The position numbers and the translations under genes were made by a program. The notes under the pieces are model-generated. The model was not told the DNA's origin. It saw nothing but the letters and a program-made list of their open reading frames with translations, and ran no database searches. From Promethearchaeota archaeon (lineage in GTDB: Archaea; Asgardarchaeota; Lokiarchaeia; Sigyniarchaeales; SOKP01): DNA of 64,000 nt. The stretch is taken from contig JAHPZA010000003.1 of assembly GCA_019058445.1 (NCBI GenBank), positions 356,919-420,918 on the forward strand. Reading direction: 5' to 3'. Positions 1 to 11,056 of the stretch are shown one piece after another (the first letter of the stretch is position 1; every line of letters starts with the position of its first letter).

Positions 1-1
1 G

Positions 2-730
2 AATTATTCTGAAGCGCTAAAACGATATGAAGAAGCGTTAAGAATTGCCGAGCAACTAGAAGATCCTTCTGGTAGAGCCACATATCTTAACAGTATTGGT
101 TTGATTTATGATGTTCAAGGAAACTACGAAGAAGCTTTGATAAAATATGAGGAGGCGTTGAAGATTGCCAAACAAATTGGAGATCTCTCTGGTAAAGCTA
201 TATATCTTAATAATATTGGATTGATTTATGCTGCTCAAGAAAATTATCCCGAAGCGATGAAACGATACGAAGAAGCGCTAACAATCGCAGAACAACTAGA
301 AGATCTCTCTAATAAAGCTAAATTTCTTAATAATATTGGGTCGATTTATCATTACCAAGGGAATTATTCTGAAGCGCTAAAACGATATGAAGAAGCGTTA
401 AGAATTGCCGAGCAAATAGGAGATCTTTCAGAAATTGCAACCTCAATTAATAACATAGGATTGATCTATAAAGAACAAGGTAATTATTCTGAAGCATTAA
501 AGCAATATGAGTTAAAACAGGAGATTGATGAGCAACTGGGAGATCTTTTTAGTAAAGCTACAGGTCTTAATAATATCGCATCGATTCATTTCGCACAGGG
601 GAACTATCCCGAAGCAATTAATTATTTTGAACAAGCCTTACAAATTTTAAATGATCTTGGATTAGCTAATTCTCCAACTGCTCAAACGATCAGAGGAAAC
701 ATTGAATTTGTAGAAGATAGAATAAAATAG
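2..730 (+). CDS. TPR-repeat protein (5'-truncated by window edge)
   Basis: Frame open from base 2; 40-aa repeats NNIGxIYxxQGNYxEALKxYEEALxIAEQ with 120-bp periodicity. Confidence 0.9.
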   Translation, partial: NYSEALKRYEEALRIAEQLEDPSGRATYLNSIGLIYDVQGNYEEALIKYEEALKIAKQIGDLSGKAIYLNNIGLIYAAQENYPEAMKRYEEALTIAEQLEDLSNKAKFLNNIGSIYHYQGNYSEALKRYEEALRIAEQIGDLSEIATSINNIGLIYKEQGNYSEALKQYELKQEIDEQLGDLFSKATGLNNIASIHFAQGNYPEAINYFEQALQILNDLGLANSPTAQTIRGNIEFVEDRIK

Positions 731-854
731 GATTTAGTTATTTTCTCGAAATTATGAATTAACTCTATTTTTACTATTAAATGATCAAGTATATATTATT
801 TCGATAATTGATGTTTCATTGTATTAGACTTTAAAAAACTTTTAGGTGTGAAGT

Positions 855-1277
855 ATGATAAATATAGAAATGCCGGATGATTTGATATCTCTATCCTTAT
901 ATAATATCTTTAACTTCAGAAAAAATGATAGAAAATTCATAAAACACGCGAAAAACTGGAATAAAAAAATCGTCATTCATGTAGAGCCTTTTTATCCAGT
1001 CACTGTAGTATTTGAGGGTACAGATATTAAATTTATACGGAGAGAAGTGGAAGATTTTGATTTAAAAATGAAAATCCACTTAAATACGATGTTAGACATT
1101 GCATACGGGAGGTTGACCCCCACTGCTGCTATTGATGAGAAACGTATGGAAATGGTTGGATTGGAGAAAGATCCTAAAATAATGCCGAAATTTTTCAATA
1201 TTTTTGTTACTTCCATGAATATGGTCGCTTCAGACCCAGAATTACATTATTATGAATTAATAGAAGGAGCTCGTTAG
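855..1277 (+). CDS. SCP2/sterol-carrier-like lipid-binding protein
   Basis: 140 aa; DLKMKIHLNTMLDIAYGRLTPTAAI resembles the SCP2 C-terminal pattern; first gene of the operon. Confidence 0.55.
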   Translation: MINIEMPDDLISLSLYNIFNFRKNDRKFIKHAKNWNKKIVIHVEPFYPVTVVFEGTDIKFIRREVEDFDLKMKIHLNTMLDIAYGRLTPTAAIDEKRMEMVGLEKDPKIMPKFFNIFVTSMNMVASDPELHYYELIEGAR

Positions 1278-1290
1278 AAGGTGAGTTAAA

Positions 1291-2769
1291 ATAACAAGTA
1301 TAAAAGAAAGAAATATATTTGAAAAAGTAAGTCGCGAAGAAGTATATACCAAATTAGTAGAAATCTTCGGCTCTGTTAATGTAACCAATAAACAAGTAGA
1401 TTTATATCCTTACTCTTACGATATGACGGAAAATAGACCACACATGCCAGATTTTATTGTGATTCCGGAAAATGTCGAACAAATCATCGAGCTTGTAAAT
1501 TTTTGTAATAAATATCTTGTACCAATCGTGCCTTACATCTCAGGCAATAATGTAGGGGGTCTTACAATACCTCTCCAAGGAGGAATTATCGTCGATTTTG
1601 GGAAAAAGATGAATAAAATATTGCATGTCGATGAAACAATGATGTACGCTCTATTAGAACCGGGAGTGACTTTTGGCCAATTGAAAAAATACTTAGATGA
1701 GAATCACCCTAACTTAAGATATAGCTACCCGAACGCTCCACCTTATGCAAGTGTAGTAGGAAATGCTCTACTAAGCGGTATGACTAATTTATCGACTAAG
1801 ATCGGTCCTATGTCAGATTCGATTAATGGTTTAGAAGTAATCACTATTGATGGAGATGTCGTAAGGATTGGTTCTTGTTTTTACGGAATAAACGAAGCAG
1901 ATCCCGCCAGTTGGTGGGGTAAAGGTCCAATTCCAGATTTAGTGGGTTTATTTGTCAATTGGCAAGGAATGACGGGTTTAATAACAAAATGCGCAGTCCA
2001 ACTTTGGCCCAATCATCCTTTTAAAAAACCATATTTAGCAGTGTTTTTTGGATTAACAGATATAGCACCATTTTTTCGTGAGATTGGGAAGTTAGACATA
2101 GTTGATGATGTGGTAGGTTTCACTATCGAGGTGGCAAAAATGGAAGTGGGAATCGACGAGCCAAAACGATATCCAGAAGAGCCCGCGTACAGCGCAGTGA
2201 TTCCAATGTCTGCCCCCTCTGAAAAAATGCTTGAAGCAAAAGACGAACTTTTGCATAATCTTATAAATAAATTAAATAAAGAACAAGGCACTAATATTCA
2301 TTTAATTGATTATAATGAGTTTTCAAAACTATATAATCTAAAAGCTAGAACTATATATGAACTCCCTGCTGTAATTTTGTCATTAGTGCCCTATAGTGGA
2401 CTTAGTTGGGTGGGAACTTATTGTTCTTTTGAAAATTTTGAAGAATTAATTGAAAAAACCGATGCCTTATTTCAGAAACACAATGTTCCTTCTTATGTGA
2501 TGATGAAAACTATGAGATCAGGACATTATGGTATATTCAGACCAATATTTAGGTTTAAGAAATTCGAAGATCAAGAAAATATGGTCGAATTAATTGAAGA
2601 AATAACCGATACTTGTATAGACTTAGGATGTATTCCCTACAAAACTCCAGAGTGGATGACTGCGAAAATACGCGAAAAAATTAATCCTGGTTGGATAAAA
2701 CTTTTCGAAAAGGTTAAAAAATGTATGGATCCTAATGGAATTTTTAACCCAGGGAGGTGGAATACATAA
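1291..2769 (+). CDS. FAD-linked oxidase (GlcD/VAO-PCMH family); probable ATA start at 1291 (ORF track starts at 1423)
   Basis: PDFIVIP, GNNVGG, EPGVT, SVVGNAL and DPNGIFNPG motifs; frame open from 1285 encoding family-like LVEIFGSVNV..DLYPYSYD; SD GGTGA at 1280-1284. Confidence 0.85.
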   Translation: MTSIKERNIFEKVSREEVYTKLVEIFGSVNVTNKQVDLYPYSYDMTENRPHMPDFIVIPENVEQIIELVNFCNKYLVPIVPYISGNNVGGLTIPLQGGIIVDFGKKMNKILHVDETMMYALLEPGVTFGQLKKYLDENHPNLRYSYPNAPPYASVVGNALLSGMTNLSTKIGPMSDSINGLEVITIDGDVVRIGSCFYGINEADPASWWGKGPIPDLVGLFVNWQGMTGLITKCAVQLWPNHPFKKPYLAVFFGLTDIAPFFREIGKLDIVDDVVGFTIEVAKMEVGIDEPKRYPEEPAYSAVIPMSAPSEKMLEAKDELLHNLINKLNKEQGTNIHLIDYNEFSKLYNLKARTIYELPAVILSLVPYSGLSWVGTYCSFENFEELIEKTDALFQKHNVPSYVMMKTMRSGHYGIFRPIFRFKKFEDQENMVELIEEITDTCIDLGCIPYKTPEWMTAKIREKINPGWIKLFEKVKKCMDPNGIFNPGRWNT

Positions 2770-3956
2770 TGGTGGCAGTTAAAATAGATGAAGATATAAT
2801 TGGCAAAGAATATCTAGAAATGGCGTTTGATCGTTGCATTAAATGCTCTACGTGTAAATATAGCTATAAAGATTTTGAGCCCATATGTCCTTCTGGTGAG
2901 AAATTCCTTTTTGAGTCTTATTGGCCCTCCGGACGAATTAGGATCATTAGGGGTCTAATTAATGGCGATTTAGAGTGGAATGATGATTTAAAAGATGCTA
3001 TTTTTGCGTGCCCTACGTGTGGGGGGTGTATGGATTCTTGTCAAGCACCTCACGCTGACTACATAGTGGACATGATTGAAGCTTTGAGAGAAATGGCCGT
3101 TAACCATATTGGACCGGGACCAAATCAGAGAAAACTTATTGAGAGAACCTTAGAAAAATTCAATCCGTATGATGAGCCGAACTCGAATAATGAGGAATTG
3201 AAGAAAAAGTGGGATTTACCAGATAAAGCAGAATGGGTTTATTATATTGGATGTACTTCAAATTACCGACAACAAGTAATAAGAGATGCGACTATAAAAT
3301 TTCTTAAAGATGCAAGGATTGATTTTACTTTAGTAGATGAACATTGTTGTACGAGTCCAATGATAAGAACGGGTCAAGTATCAATAGCAAAGGAGTTTAT
3401 GAACTATAATATTACTCAGATAAAGAACGCAGGAGCATCTAAAGTCGTGACTTCATGTGCAGGTTGCTATAGAACAATGCAGAAAGATTTCGAAAAATTT
3501 GGTGCTGAGATGGATCTTGAAGTTTATCATACGGTAGAACTTATAAAACAACTACTCGACGAGAAAAAAATAAAGTTCAAGGGAGAGTACAAAAAAACGG
3601 TCACTTATCACGATCCGTGTCATTTAGGGCGCCACATGAAAATATACGAACTTCCTCGGGAAGTGTACAACAAAATTCCGGGGCTTAAACTCGTTGAGAT
3701 GAAAAGAAATAGAAACCACGCATGGTGCTGCGGTGCAGGCGGTGGAGTGAAGATAGGATACCCTGATTGGGCAGTGGAAATTTCTGGCGAGCGAATCAAT
3801 GAAACTAAAGAAACAGGAGCCAAAATTCTCTCTTCGATCTGTCCCTTTTGTCGCACTAATTTAAGTGACGCCAATGATAAGTACGGTGGGGATTTCGAAG
3901 TACTCGATTTATTAGAGATTATCGATGAAGTAGGGATTGAAAAATCCGAAAATTAA
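2769..3956 (+). CDS. Fe-S oxidoreductase, GlcF/HdrD-like (ferredoxin plus two CCG domains)
   Basis: CIKCSTC, CPTCGGCMDSC, YHDPCHLGR and WCCGAGGG motifs; start overlaps the upstream stop. Confidence 0.9.
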   Translation: MVAVKIDEDIIGKEYLEMAFDRCIKCSTCKYSYKDFEPICPSGEKFLFESYWPSGRIRIIRGLINGDLEWNDDLKDAIFACPTCGGCMDSCQAPHADYIVDMIEALREMAVNHIGPGPNQRKLIERTLEKFNPYDEPNSNNEELKKKWDLPDKAEWVYYIGCTSNYRQQVIRDATIKFLKDARIDFTLVDEHCCTSPMIRTGQVSIAKEFMNYNITQIKNAGASKVVTSCAGCYRTMQKDFEKFGAEMDLEVYHTVELIKQLLDEKKIKFKGEYKKTVTYHDPCHLGRHMKIYELPREVYNKIPGLKLVEMKRNRNHAWCCGAGGGVKIGYPDWAVEISGERINETKETGAKILSSICPFCRTNLSDANDKYGGDFEVLDLLEIIDEVGIEKSEN

Positions 3957-4115
3957 TTGTTCTATTAGTATTAAATTTTAATAATAATTTAATACTTGAT
4001 CCTTCTGATATGGTAAATATTTTAGGTAGGTGGAAGATTTAAACGCTTAAATGAATTCAAATAAGAATAAATATTATTTAAAATTAATAAAATCTAATAT
4101 TTCAATAATACTGAG

Positions 4116-5219
4116 TTGATTGTTAGTTTGGAAAATACATCTGCAGGAATGGATAAACCAACTCTTACCAAATCACAGAAACTCCTCTATATTTTAACAA
4201 TTATTGCACCAATAATGTATATCTTAGTTTTATTGATATTACAGATAAATAAATTAGATGAAATGAATATCCCTGCGAATTTTTTCAGTAATAACTTTCT
4301 TAATTCAATACTATTGCTTTTTATACTTCTAAGCTTTGGAAGCATTATTATTACATATAAATGGAACATTCCTTTAGCGCAATTGGAAGATAATATTGAT
4401 AATCGATTTTTTAAAAATTATTTAGCTCTCAATATGGGTTGTAGTGTAATAGCCGTTTATGGTTTAATGCTTGGAATCCTCTGGTGGGCTGAATATCGTT
4501 TTGTACCATTCTATATTGTAGTTCCCTTTATAGGTGGTGGAATGATTCATGGTTTTTATCTCTATTCAAGATATTTTTTAAATGACAACATCCAAAAATA
4601 TAAATCGAGTGAAAAAGATGTAATTTTTCAAAAATTTATTACTAAATTTGAACCTATTGACCCATCTCAAGAAATTTTCAAGCCTTTTTTATATTATTTA
4701 AATAAGAATGAGAAAATTTTCCTGAATTATAATCCAAATGTTAAAGTAATATTAAAAATGGGAACAGTGGGCATAGTTAGTGTTGCAACATTCTCATTTT
4801 TTATGTATTGGTTATTCTCCAATGTATTCTTCTTTACACTCCTTAGATTTTTGAATCTACTCTTAATTGGCACTGGAATATTTTCTGTTACCATATTACC
4901 GGTTATTCTCTTATTGAATGTTATAAAATTAAAAAAATCTATGTATATTTTTACATCTCATAAAATAATTGCCAAAGATCCAAAAGAAATTAAAATTATC
5001 CCTTATAACAAAATACTCTCATCAAAAATAGATACAGAGAGAATAAAAACGCAAGACATTACAATTCTATTCGAAAAGCAATCGGAAGAAGGTTCGATTT
5101 CTGAAGAAACATTGTATATCCGGTATATTCCAAGAGAATTAAATTTGCTTGAAAACTTAAAGGATTTAATAAAAAGTTACGAAAAAATTAAAAATGTGAA
5201 TGAATTCTCTTTCAATTAG
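4116..5219 (+). CDS. Multi-pass membrane protein with C-terminal bacterial-PH-like domain
   Basis: About 6 hydrophobic segments; YIFTSHKII...IPYNKI pattern. Confidence 0.6.
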   Translation: MIVSLENTSAGMDKPTLTKSQKLLYILTIIAPIMYILVLLILQINKLDEMNIPANFFSNNFLNSILLLFILLSFGSIIITYKWNIPLAQLEDNIDNRFFKNYLALNMGCSVIAVYGLMLGILWWAEYRFVPFYIVVPFIGGGMIHGFYLYSRYFLNDNIQKYKSSEKDVIFQKFITKFEPIDPSQEIFKPFLYYLNKNEKIFLNYNPNVKVILKMGTVGIVSVATFSFFMYWLFSNVFFFTLLRFLNLLLIGTGIFSVTILPVILLLNVIKLKKSMYIFTSHKIIAKDPKEIKIIPYNKILSSKIDTERIKTQDITILFEKQSEEGSISEETLYIRYIPRELNLLENLKDLIKSYEKIKNVNEFSFN

Positions 5220-5480
5220 CTTATTTTCTTTATTAATTTCTTTATTTTACTTTTTTCTTACAACTTATTAATCGATATTTTGAATAATATAATATTAATA
5301 AGAAAGTGTCGATATTAGTTTCCGATATATTTATATCACGAAAATAAAGATATTTAAAAAAATAAATTTACTCTTTGAACTTTTTTTCCGGTAACTTTCT
5401 CAAATATACCTAAAATTTAGAAATCAAAAAAAAGAATAAGAGAAAAAATAAGTTTTTTTTAATTTTCACTGTCTTGGTAT

Positions 5481-6617
5481 TTATTTCTTTGATAATTGAT
5501 AAGTTTTACCCGTTTTAAGAAAAATTTTGAAGTTTTCGGGTCTGCAATTGGGCGGCACTTCGCAACCAGATGATAGGATATGCCCTCCATCAACCCCGAG
5601 TTTGTCAATAAGTTTTTTAACGTAATCCTCGACTTGTTTTTGACTTCCAATAGAAAATAAAGAACCACTCACATCACTCATGAGGCATAAATGATCTTTA
5701 AGGATTTCTTTAGCTCTGAAAATATCTGTAAGGCTGTCAAAGTCAAGTATACATGATGCTCTTGGTAGTTCCTTAAAATAAGGAATATTTAAATCCCAAC
5801 ATTGATCAAGATGAAGCCAAGGTATAATTCCTTCATCGTATAAACTTTCTACTATTCTTTTAGTATATGGCCACCAGAATCGTTCAAAAATTTTCAACGG
5901 ATAAATAGCACCTTCTGCTCTCTCTTCAGGTATAAAAACCACATTTCCTCCATTTCTTTTACAATCTGCTGTAACCCTTTTAATAAGTTCATCTGTCATA
6001 GTATCAAGTGCAGCATCAACCAATTCAGGTCTATAATAGAGATCTTGTGTGAATTTTATCATTGACCGGTTCAACGAAAGAAGGAAAAAAGGGTGTACTC
6101 GATTGGACCCTGCTCTTAAACCAATTTTTCTTTTTATAATCCATTCTTGAAAGGCTTTCACTCCAAGTTTGAAGAATTCTTTTTTAGCCTTATCTATATC
6201 CTCCGGTGTCCAGTCGCTAATACGATAAATATACTCAGTTGCGACAAATTTTGACCAACCAATATCAGCAACAGTTTTATAATCTTCTACTTTCATCCAC
6301 TCTCCTTCATCAAACTGTCCAAAATGATCATCAGGTAAATCTTCTCCTGGAGCTTTAAATTTAAGCCCTGCTAGTATATATCCTGCTTTATGAAGGGGAA
6401 TTGTTGTGTATCCATCCCACCCTCCAAATTCATCAAAAAATTTAAGCAATGCTTCAAGACCCTTCATTGGTTCTCTATGTATTTCTGCTGGACTTAATCC
6501 ATAATATTTTGTAGGTAAATCTGCCCCTACAATAGGACTAATTGGTACTCTATCCGGTTGTTCTAAATTTATTGCAGCGGTCATTCTCTCTTGTGGAGTC
6601 ATATATTCTTCTTTCAT
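5481..6617 (-). CDS. Uroporphyrinogen decarboxylase / MtaA-CmuA family methyltransferase
   Basis: MTPQERM..A....PDRVP N-terminus; HILSSGCEVP...PEN C-terminus. Confidence 0.88.
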   Translation of the reverse strand: MKEEYMTPQERMTAAINLEQPDRVPISPIVGADLPTKYYGLSPAEIHREPMKGLEALLKFFDEFGGWDGYTTIPLHKAGYILAGLKFKAPGEDLPDDHFGQFDEGEWMKVEDYKTVADIGWSKFVATEYIYRISDWTPEDIDKAKKEFFKLGVKAFQEWIIKRKIGLRAGSNRVHPFFLLSLNRSMIKFTQDLYYRPELVDAALDTMTDELIKRVTADCKRNGGNVVFIPEERAEGAIYPLKIFERFWWPYTKRIVESLYDEGIIPWLHLDQCWDLNIPYFKELPRASCILDFDSLTDIFRAKEILKDHLCLMSDVSGSLFSIGSQKQVEDYVKKLIDKLGVDGGHILSSGCEVPPNCRPENFKIFLKTGKTYQLSKK

Positions 6618-6619
6618 TT

Positions 6620-7282
6620 TTAAATTCCTCCCTGTGCTCCAATTTTAACTCTTGCTTTAATTGTCTCCAAACAATATTGAATACCCTCCATGGCATCTAT
6701 CGTTTGAAAATCTGCTCCAATATAATCTTTCACCAATGGGGTTGTGATTCCCCCACCCACCATTATCTTCAATTTATCGCGAATTCCCTCTTTCTCCAAT
6801 TTATCAATTACTTCTTTCATTGGATCAAAGGTTATGGTAAGAAGAGATGAAAATCCGAGAAAATCGGGTTGGATTTCTTTTACTTTCTCAACGACAAAAT
6901 CTGGATTGACATCTACACCTAAATCATAAACCTCAAATCCTTCCAATTTAAGAAGAGAGGCGAGGATGTTTTTGCCTAAATCATGAATATCTCCTTGTAT
7001 TGTAGCAAGTATTATTTTTCCTTTATTATTTCCCTCTGTTTTTTCTTCCCCTAAATAAGGCTCGATAAGTTCCATTATTTCTTTAAAAAGTTCTCCTGAG
7101 AGCATTAACTCTGCAAGAAAATATTCTTTTCTTTGGTATCTCTCCCCTATCAATTCCATGCCCTGCTTACTTTCTTCAAATATTTTCATTGGATCTTCAC
7201 TCTGATTTAGACGTTCCTTTATTTCAGATAAAACCTTATCACGTTCAAGCTCAATTAAATTTTTTGTTAAATTTGATATCAT
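6620..7282 (-). CDS. Corrinoid (B12-binding) methyl-carrier protein
   Basis: GDIHDLGKN, DLGVDV, SSLLT and MVGGG motifs. Confidence 0.93.
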   Translation of the reverse strand: MISNLTKNLIELERDKVLSEIKERLNQSEDPMKIFEESKQGMELIGERYQRKEYFLAELMLSGELFKEIMELIEPYLGEEKTEGNNKGKIILATIQGDIHDLGKNILASLLKLEGFEVYDLGVDVNPDFVVEKVKEIQPDFLGFSSLLTITFDPMKEVIDKLEKEGIRDKLKIMVGGGITTPLVKDYIGADFQTIDAMEGIQYCLETIKARVKIGAQGGI

Positions 7283-7548
7283 AATTGCGAAAATGATTGA
7301 AAATATATAAATATTCTATAAAAAGAAACAATAGCAAAAAGCTTTTTACGGTAGTAAAAACAAAATATAGTAAAAAGTTTTTAATTTTACTACACCAAAG
7401 TATAGAAAAAACAAGAGCTACATTTTGATTACTTTTTTCTTAAAGTTTTATCTATTTAGAGCAGAAGTATTTACTACTAAGCAATATTTGATACTTCATT
7501 AAATTTGACTATCAGTGTTTTTTTGGGAGGAATGATATATTTTTAGTA

Positions 7549-8241
7549 ATGATATTAAAAGATTTAACTGGTTTTTACTATGTTTACGATTATCGTACAA
7601 AATCTCACGGACAAGAATATCTGTTAGAAATCTTGGAAACGGCAAACGATAAAATAGAATTTATTTTTCATAATATAGTAAGCGGAAATCTTGGAAGCTC
7701 TGGAATTATATGGAAAGGTAGTGTTACTTTAAGGGATCATCAACTATTTTTAAAGGCGTTAGAAAAAAAAGATTGGAGATTCACAGCCATACAAGAAGGA
7801 AAAGAAGAAAATATTCAAAAAGTCTCTCATCTATTTAATTTCCACATACTTAAAAATGATAGTAATATTTTTCTCATCTCTGATTTTTATGAGAAACCGA
7901 TAAAATTAGTTAAACTTAATAAAACTATTAATAAAACTCAGTTATATTCAATCGTATATTGGATTGTAAATGAAATAATAAAACTAAATGAACTAAACAG
8001 TGATTCCTTAGAATACGAGCCAAGTCGGTTTTGGAGAATCTCAAATCTTTTTTTAATATCTTATAATGAAATTAAATCTAATGAACAGCTTGTTATTGAA
8101 ATAATCTTCGAATATGATTTAGAATTTGTGAAAGAAGAGAAAAGAGTGATTGAAAATGATGAAATACTTGCGGAACATCGTGTTGATAAGGTATTTTTTA
8201 ATGAAAAATTTAAAATTATCAAGCATGATTCTTTAAAATAA
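7549..8241 (+). CDS. Hypothetical protein
   Basis: 230-aa ORF with upstream GGAGG; no recognised motif. Confidence 0.6.
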   Translation: MILKDLTGFYYVYDYRTKSHGQEYLLEILETANDKIEFIFHNIVSGNLGSSGIIWKGSVTLRDHQLFLKALEKKDWRFTAIQEGKEENIQKVSHLFNFHILKNDSNIFLISDFYEKPIKLVKLNKTINKTQLYSIVYWIVNEIIKLNELNSDSLEYEPSRFWRISNLFLISYNEIKSNEQLVIEIIFEYDLEFVKEEKRVIENDEILAEHRVDKVFFNEKFKIIKHDSLK

Positions 8242-8373
8242 GGTATTTGAATAATTGATTTAATTTTTGTTGAAATCGAATTTATAAAAAATTGAGATAA
8301 CAAGATAAATGATTAATAATATTGATAAATATTATATAATATCCCTTTACTAATATTTTCACAATGATTTTAA

Positions 8374-9063
8374 ATGGCAAACAGAATAAAACCACGCAGC
8401 CCAGAAGAGTATGAAGATATGATATTAGATTATGTAAAACAATACCCCTCTGGTATCACGATTACAGATATTTCCAAAGGGATTAACGTTTCCCGCATTA
8501 CTGTTAATAAATATGTACTAGTTTTAGAAGCAAAAGAAAAATTATTTTCTAAAACAATCGGTGCTTATAAACTATATTTTGCTTCAGAAAGACAATTCAT
8601 ACCGAGAAGAGCCATTATTGCTTTTTATCAAGGATTATTATCTGGTATTGCAACAGAAATCTCAGAAAATAAGGAAAATATTTTCAAGAATATTGGTTTA
8701 AATATGGATAAATTTATCACTTTTCCAGTAGGATCTCGTTTTCCCAAAGAGATAATGCAAGCAAAAAAAGGATCTTATAGAGAATTATTTGAATATTATG
8801 CGGAGATTTATGATTCAATGGATTATGTCATTGAAAAATTTGCTGAAATTGAGGTTACCATTAATGAAAAAGGGAATAAAGCTATTTATACCTTTAAAGA
8901 CGTAGAGCTTCTGGAAAAAGATAACAAATTTATTGTTCATTTTTATATTGTGTCTGGAATGATTCAAAAAACGCTGTCTAAATTGCTAAACAAAAAAGTT
9001 ATTTGTAATGTAGATAAGATATACGGAAATAATGTAGATCTCTCCATTGAAATCCTTAAATAA
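8374..9063 (+). CDS. Winged-HTH transcriptional regulator with C-terminal V4R-like domain
   Basis: GITITDISKGINVSRITVNKYVLVLEA HTH-like segment. Confidence 0.75.
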   Translation: MANRIKPRSPEEYEDMILDYVKQYPSGITITDISKGINVSRITVNKYVLVLEAKEKLFSKTIGAYKLYFASERQFIPRRAIIAFYQGLLSGIATEISENKENIFKNIGLNMDKFITFPVGSRFPKEIMQAKKGSYRELFEYYAEIYDSMDYVIEKFAEIEVTINEKGNKAIYTFKDVELLEKDNKFIVHFYIVSGMIQKTLSKLLNKKVICNVDKIYGNNVDLSIEILK

Positions 9064-9155
9064 AGTTTAAAATTAATAAATCTAAATATTCTTTTAATAT
9101 TTTAATTATGAAAAGAATATGATAAATTAGAGCTAACAATTTAAATTATATTAAG

Positions 9156-10466
9156 ATGGCAAGGGATATTCTTCTAGATATAAAAAATGGCACTATAGGT
9201 AAATCTGAAGCAAGTGAACTTTTAATATCTCTAATTGAAAATAGTGATGATGTTGATTTTAGAGTAAAATGTTTGACACTTTTAGCAGATATTGATATTA
9301 ACACAAAAAAGACATTTAGGATCCTTGAAAATTGTTTAATATCAGATGAAAATTTATCAATACGAACCACTGCCGCTGATATCTTAATAAATAAATTCTT
9401 AAATGAAGCAAGTGTAGCTCTAGATTGGACGATTGAAAATGAAGAATCACTTCTAGTTTTAACATCAATATTTAAAGGACTTAAAGGAAAAAATGATACA
9501 CTTTCCAAGAATTTAAAAGACGAAATCATAAACAAATTCTCTGAAATTTATGGTGTAGTCTTTGAAGAAGCTAATTTCATTTTAGAATTGTATTCTTTAG
9601 CTATTGAAAATGTTGATGAATTAAGAAGATTTGCCAACACACATAAATTTGATGGTGGTCCTTTTCAAATTCCAAAGTTCCATAATTATTTCCTAACTCC
9701 ACGATTAGAAATAAAAGATAAACATATTATTTCTCTGGATCTTTTCTTTTGGAAATTAAGAGAATTACCGGAGTCTATTGGTTCGCTTTCTAAACTAAAA
9801 TATTTAACATTGGGTAGTGAGAATCTTCAAAGAATCCCAGATTCCTTTAATTCTCTTCAAGAACTTAAATGGGTTGAGTTAAGCAGCATTCCTAAATTCG
9901 AATCAATTCCTAAATGGATTTTATATATAGCTAAAAAATGTTATGCTAAAGGATATACTAAAGATGGTGTTATTGAAGAAGAAGCATATATACTAGGGAT
10001 TTTTGAAATATTAATTGGATATGAACTTCTTAGGATTGAAAAATATCAAAAAGCTCAAAAAAATTCCCAAATTTGTTCTTATAAGCTAAATGAAAATGGT
10101 TCTATATCTGAAATTTTTCTTCCAAATCCAACGAAATTTAAATTGCAACTAATACCAGAACAAATTTCAAATCTACAGTCTCTTGAGATACTCGATTTGA
10201 ACAATAATAGTATTATACATATTCCCGATTCGATAGGGGCTCTTAATAATCTTAAATATTTGGATCTAAGCAATAACAATATCATTACTCTTCCAAATCC
10301 AATTGGTTCACTTATATCCCTTGAATATTTGAATTTAAGTGGAAATAAAATTGGAGAGCTTCCTAAATCATTTAATAAATTAAAATCATTAAAATCATTA
10401 AAAATAGACAATAAGCTTATTGAAAATGTACCTCAAAACTTAAAATCAGTTATTAAAAACACATAA
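9156..10466 (+). CDS. Leucine-rich repeat protein with N-terminal HEAT-like region
   Basis: Repeats of LxxLDLSNNxIxxLPxxIGxL. Confidence 0.9.
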   Translation: MARDILLDIKNGTIGKSEASELLISLIENSDDVDFRVKCLTLLADIDINTKKTFRILENCLISDENLSIRTTAADILINKFLNEASVALDWTIENEESLLVLTSIFKGLKGKNDTLSKNLKDEIINKFSEIYGVVFEEANFILELYSLAIENVDELRRFANTHKFDGGPFQIPKFHNYFLTPRLEIKDKHIISLDLFFWKLRELPESIGSLSKLKYLTLGSENLQRIPDSFNSLQELKWVELSSIPKFESIPKWILYIAKKCYAKGYTKDGVIEEEAYILGIFEILIGYELLRIEKYQKAQKNSQICSYKLNENGSISEIFLPNPTKFKLQLIPEQISNLQSLEILDLNNNSIIHIPDSIGALNNLKYLDLSNNNIITLPNPIGSLISLEYLNLSGNKIGELPKSFNKLKSLKSLKIDNKLIENVPQNLKSVIKNT

Positions 10467-10486
10467 TTGCACTTTAGCTTATACAA

Positions 10487-10948
10487 TTATTCCCTTCTCC
10501 GATTTTCGATATATTCGAAATACTCCAGGATTGACTCCTTTATTTCTACAGCAGGATAAATTAAGCGCGATTTAGAAACATATTCAACTGCATCATTCCA
10601 TGTCCAATGCTGATGTTCTTTTAGCAACCATGCAACAATAACACCCCCGCTCCTTGAAACTCCACGAGCACAATGGACTAACACTTTACCTTGTGTAATA
10701 TGATGGTCTATAAACTTAAAAATTTCTGCTAAATACTCATGAGGGATATACCAATCATCAACGAATCCCTTATATAAATAGGCAAATCCATGAGGGCGGG
10801 GATCATATATGTTCTCTTCCATAACATTTACAATTGCAGTAATTCCTTTTGCTTTTAACTTTTGAAAATCTAATTTCGGCCAGTAACCCCCAATAAATAG
10901 GTTTTTATGAACCTCAAATACATAATTCAGCTCCGACATACAAAGCAT
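10487..10948 (-). CDS. Dual-specificity protein phosphatase
   Basis: VLVHCARGVSRS P-loop (HCx5R). Confidence 0.92.
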   Translation of the reverse strand: MLCMSELNYVFEVHKNLFIGGYWPKLDFQKLKAKGITAIVNVMEENIYDPRPHGFAYLYKGFVDDWYIPHEYLAEIFKFIDHHITQGKVLVHCARGVSRSGGVIVAWLLKEHQHWTWNDAVEYVSKSRLIYPAVEIKESILEYFEYIENRRRE

Positions 10949-11056
10949 TTAATCTTAAAAATCAAATTAGTATTTAATTTTGTTTATTAATCATTTTATC
11001 TAAAATTTGGGGAAATGATTCAAGAAAAAAGAATATGAAAAAAAAAATAGAAAAGG

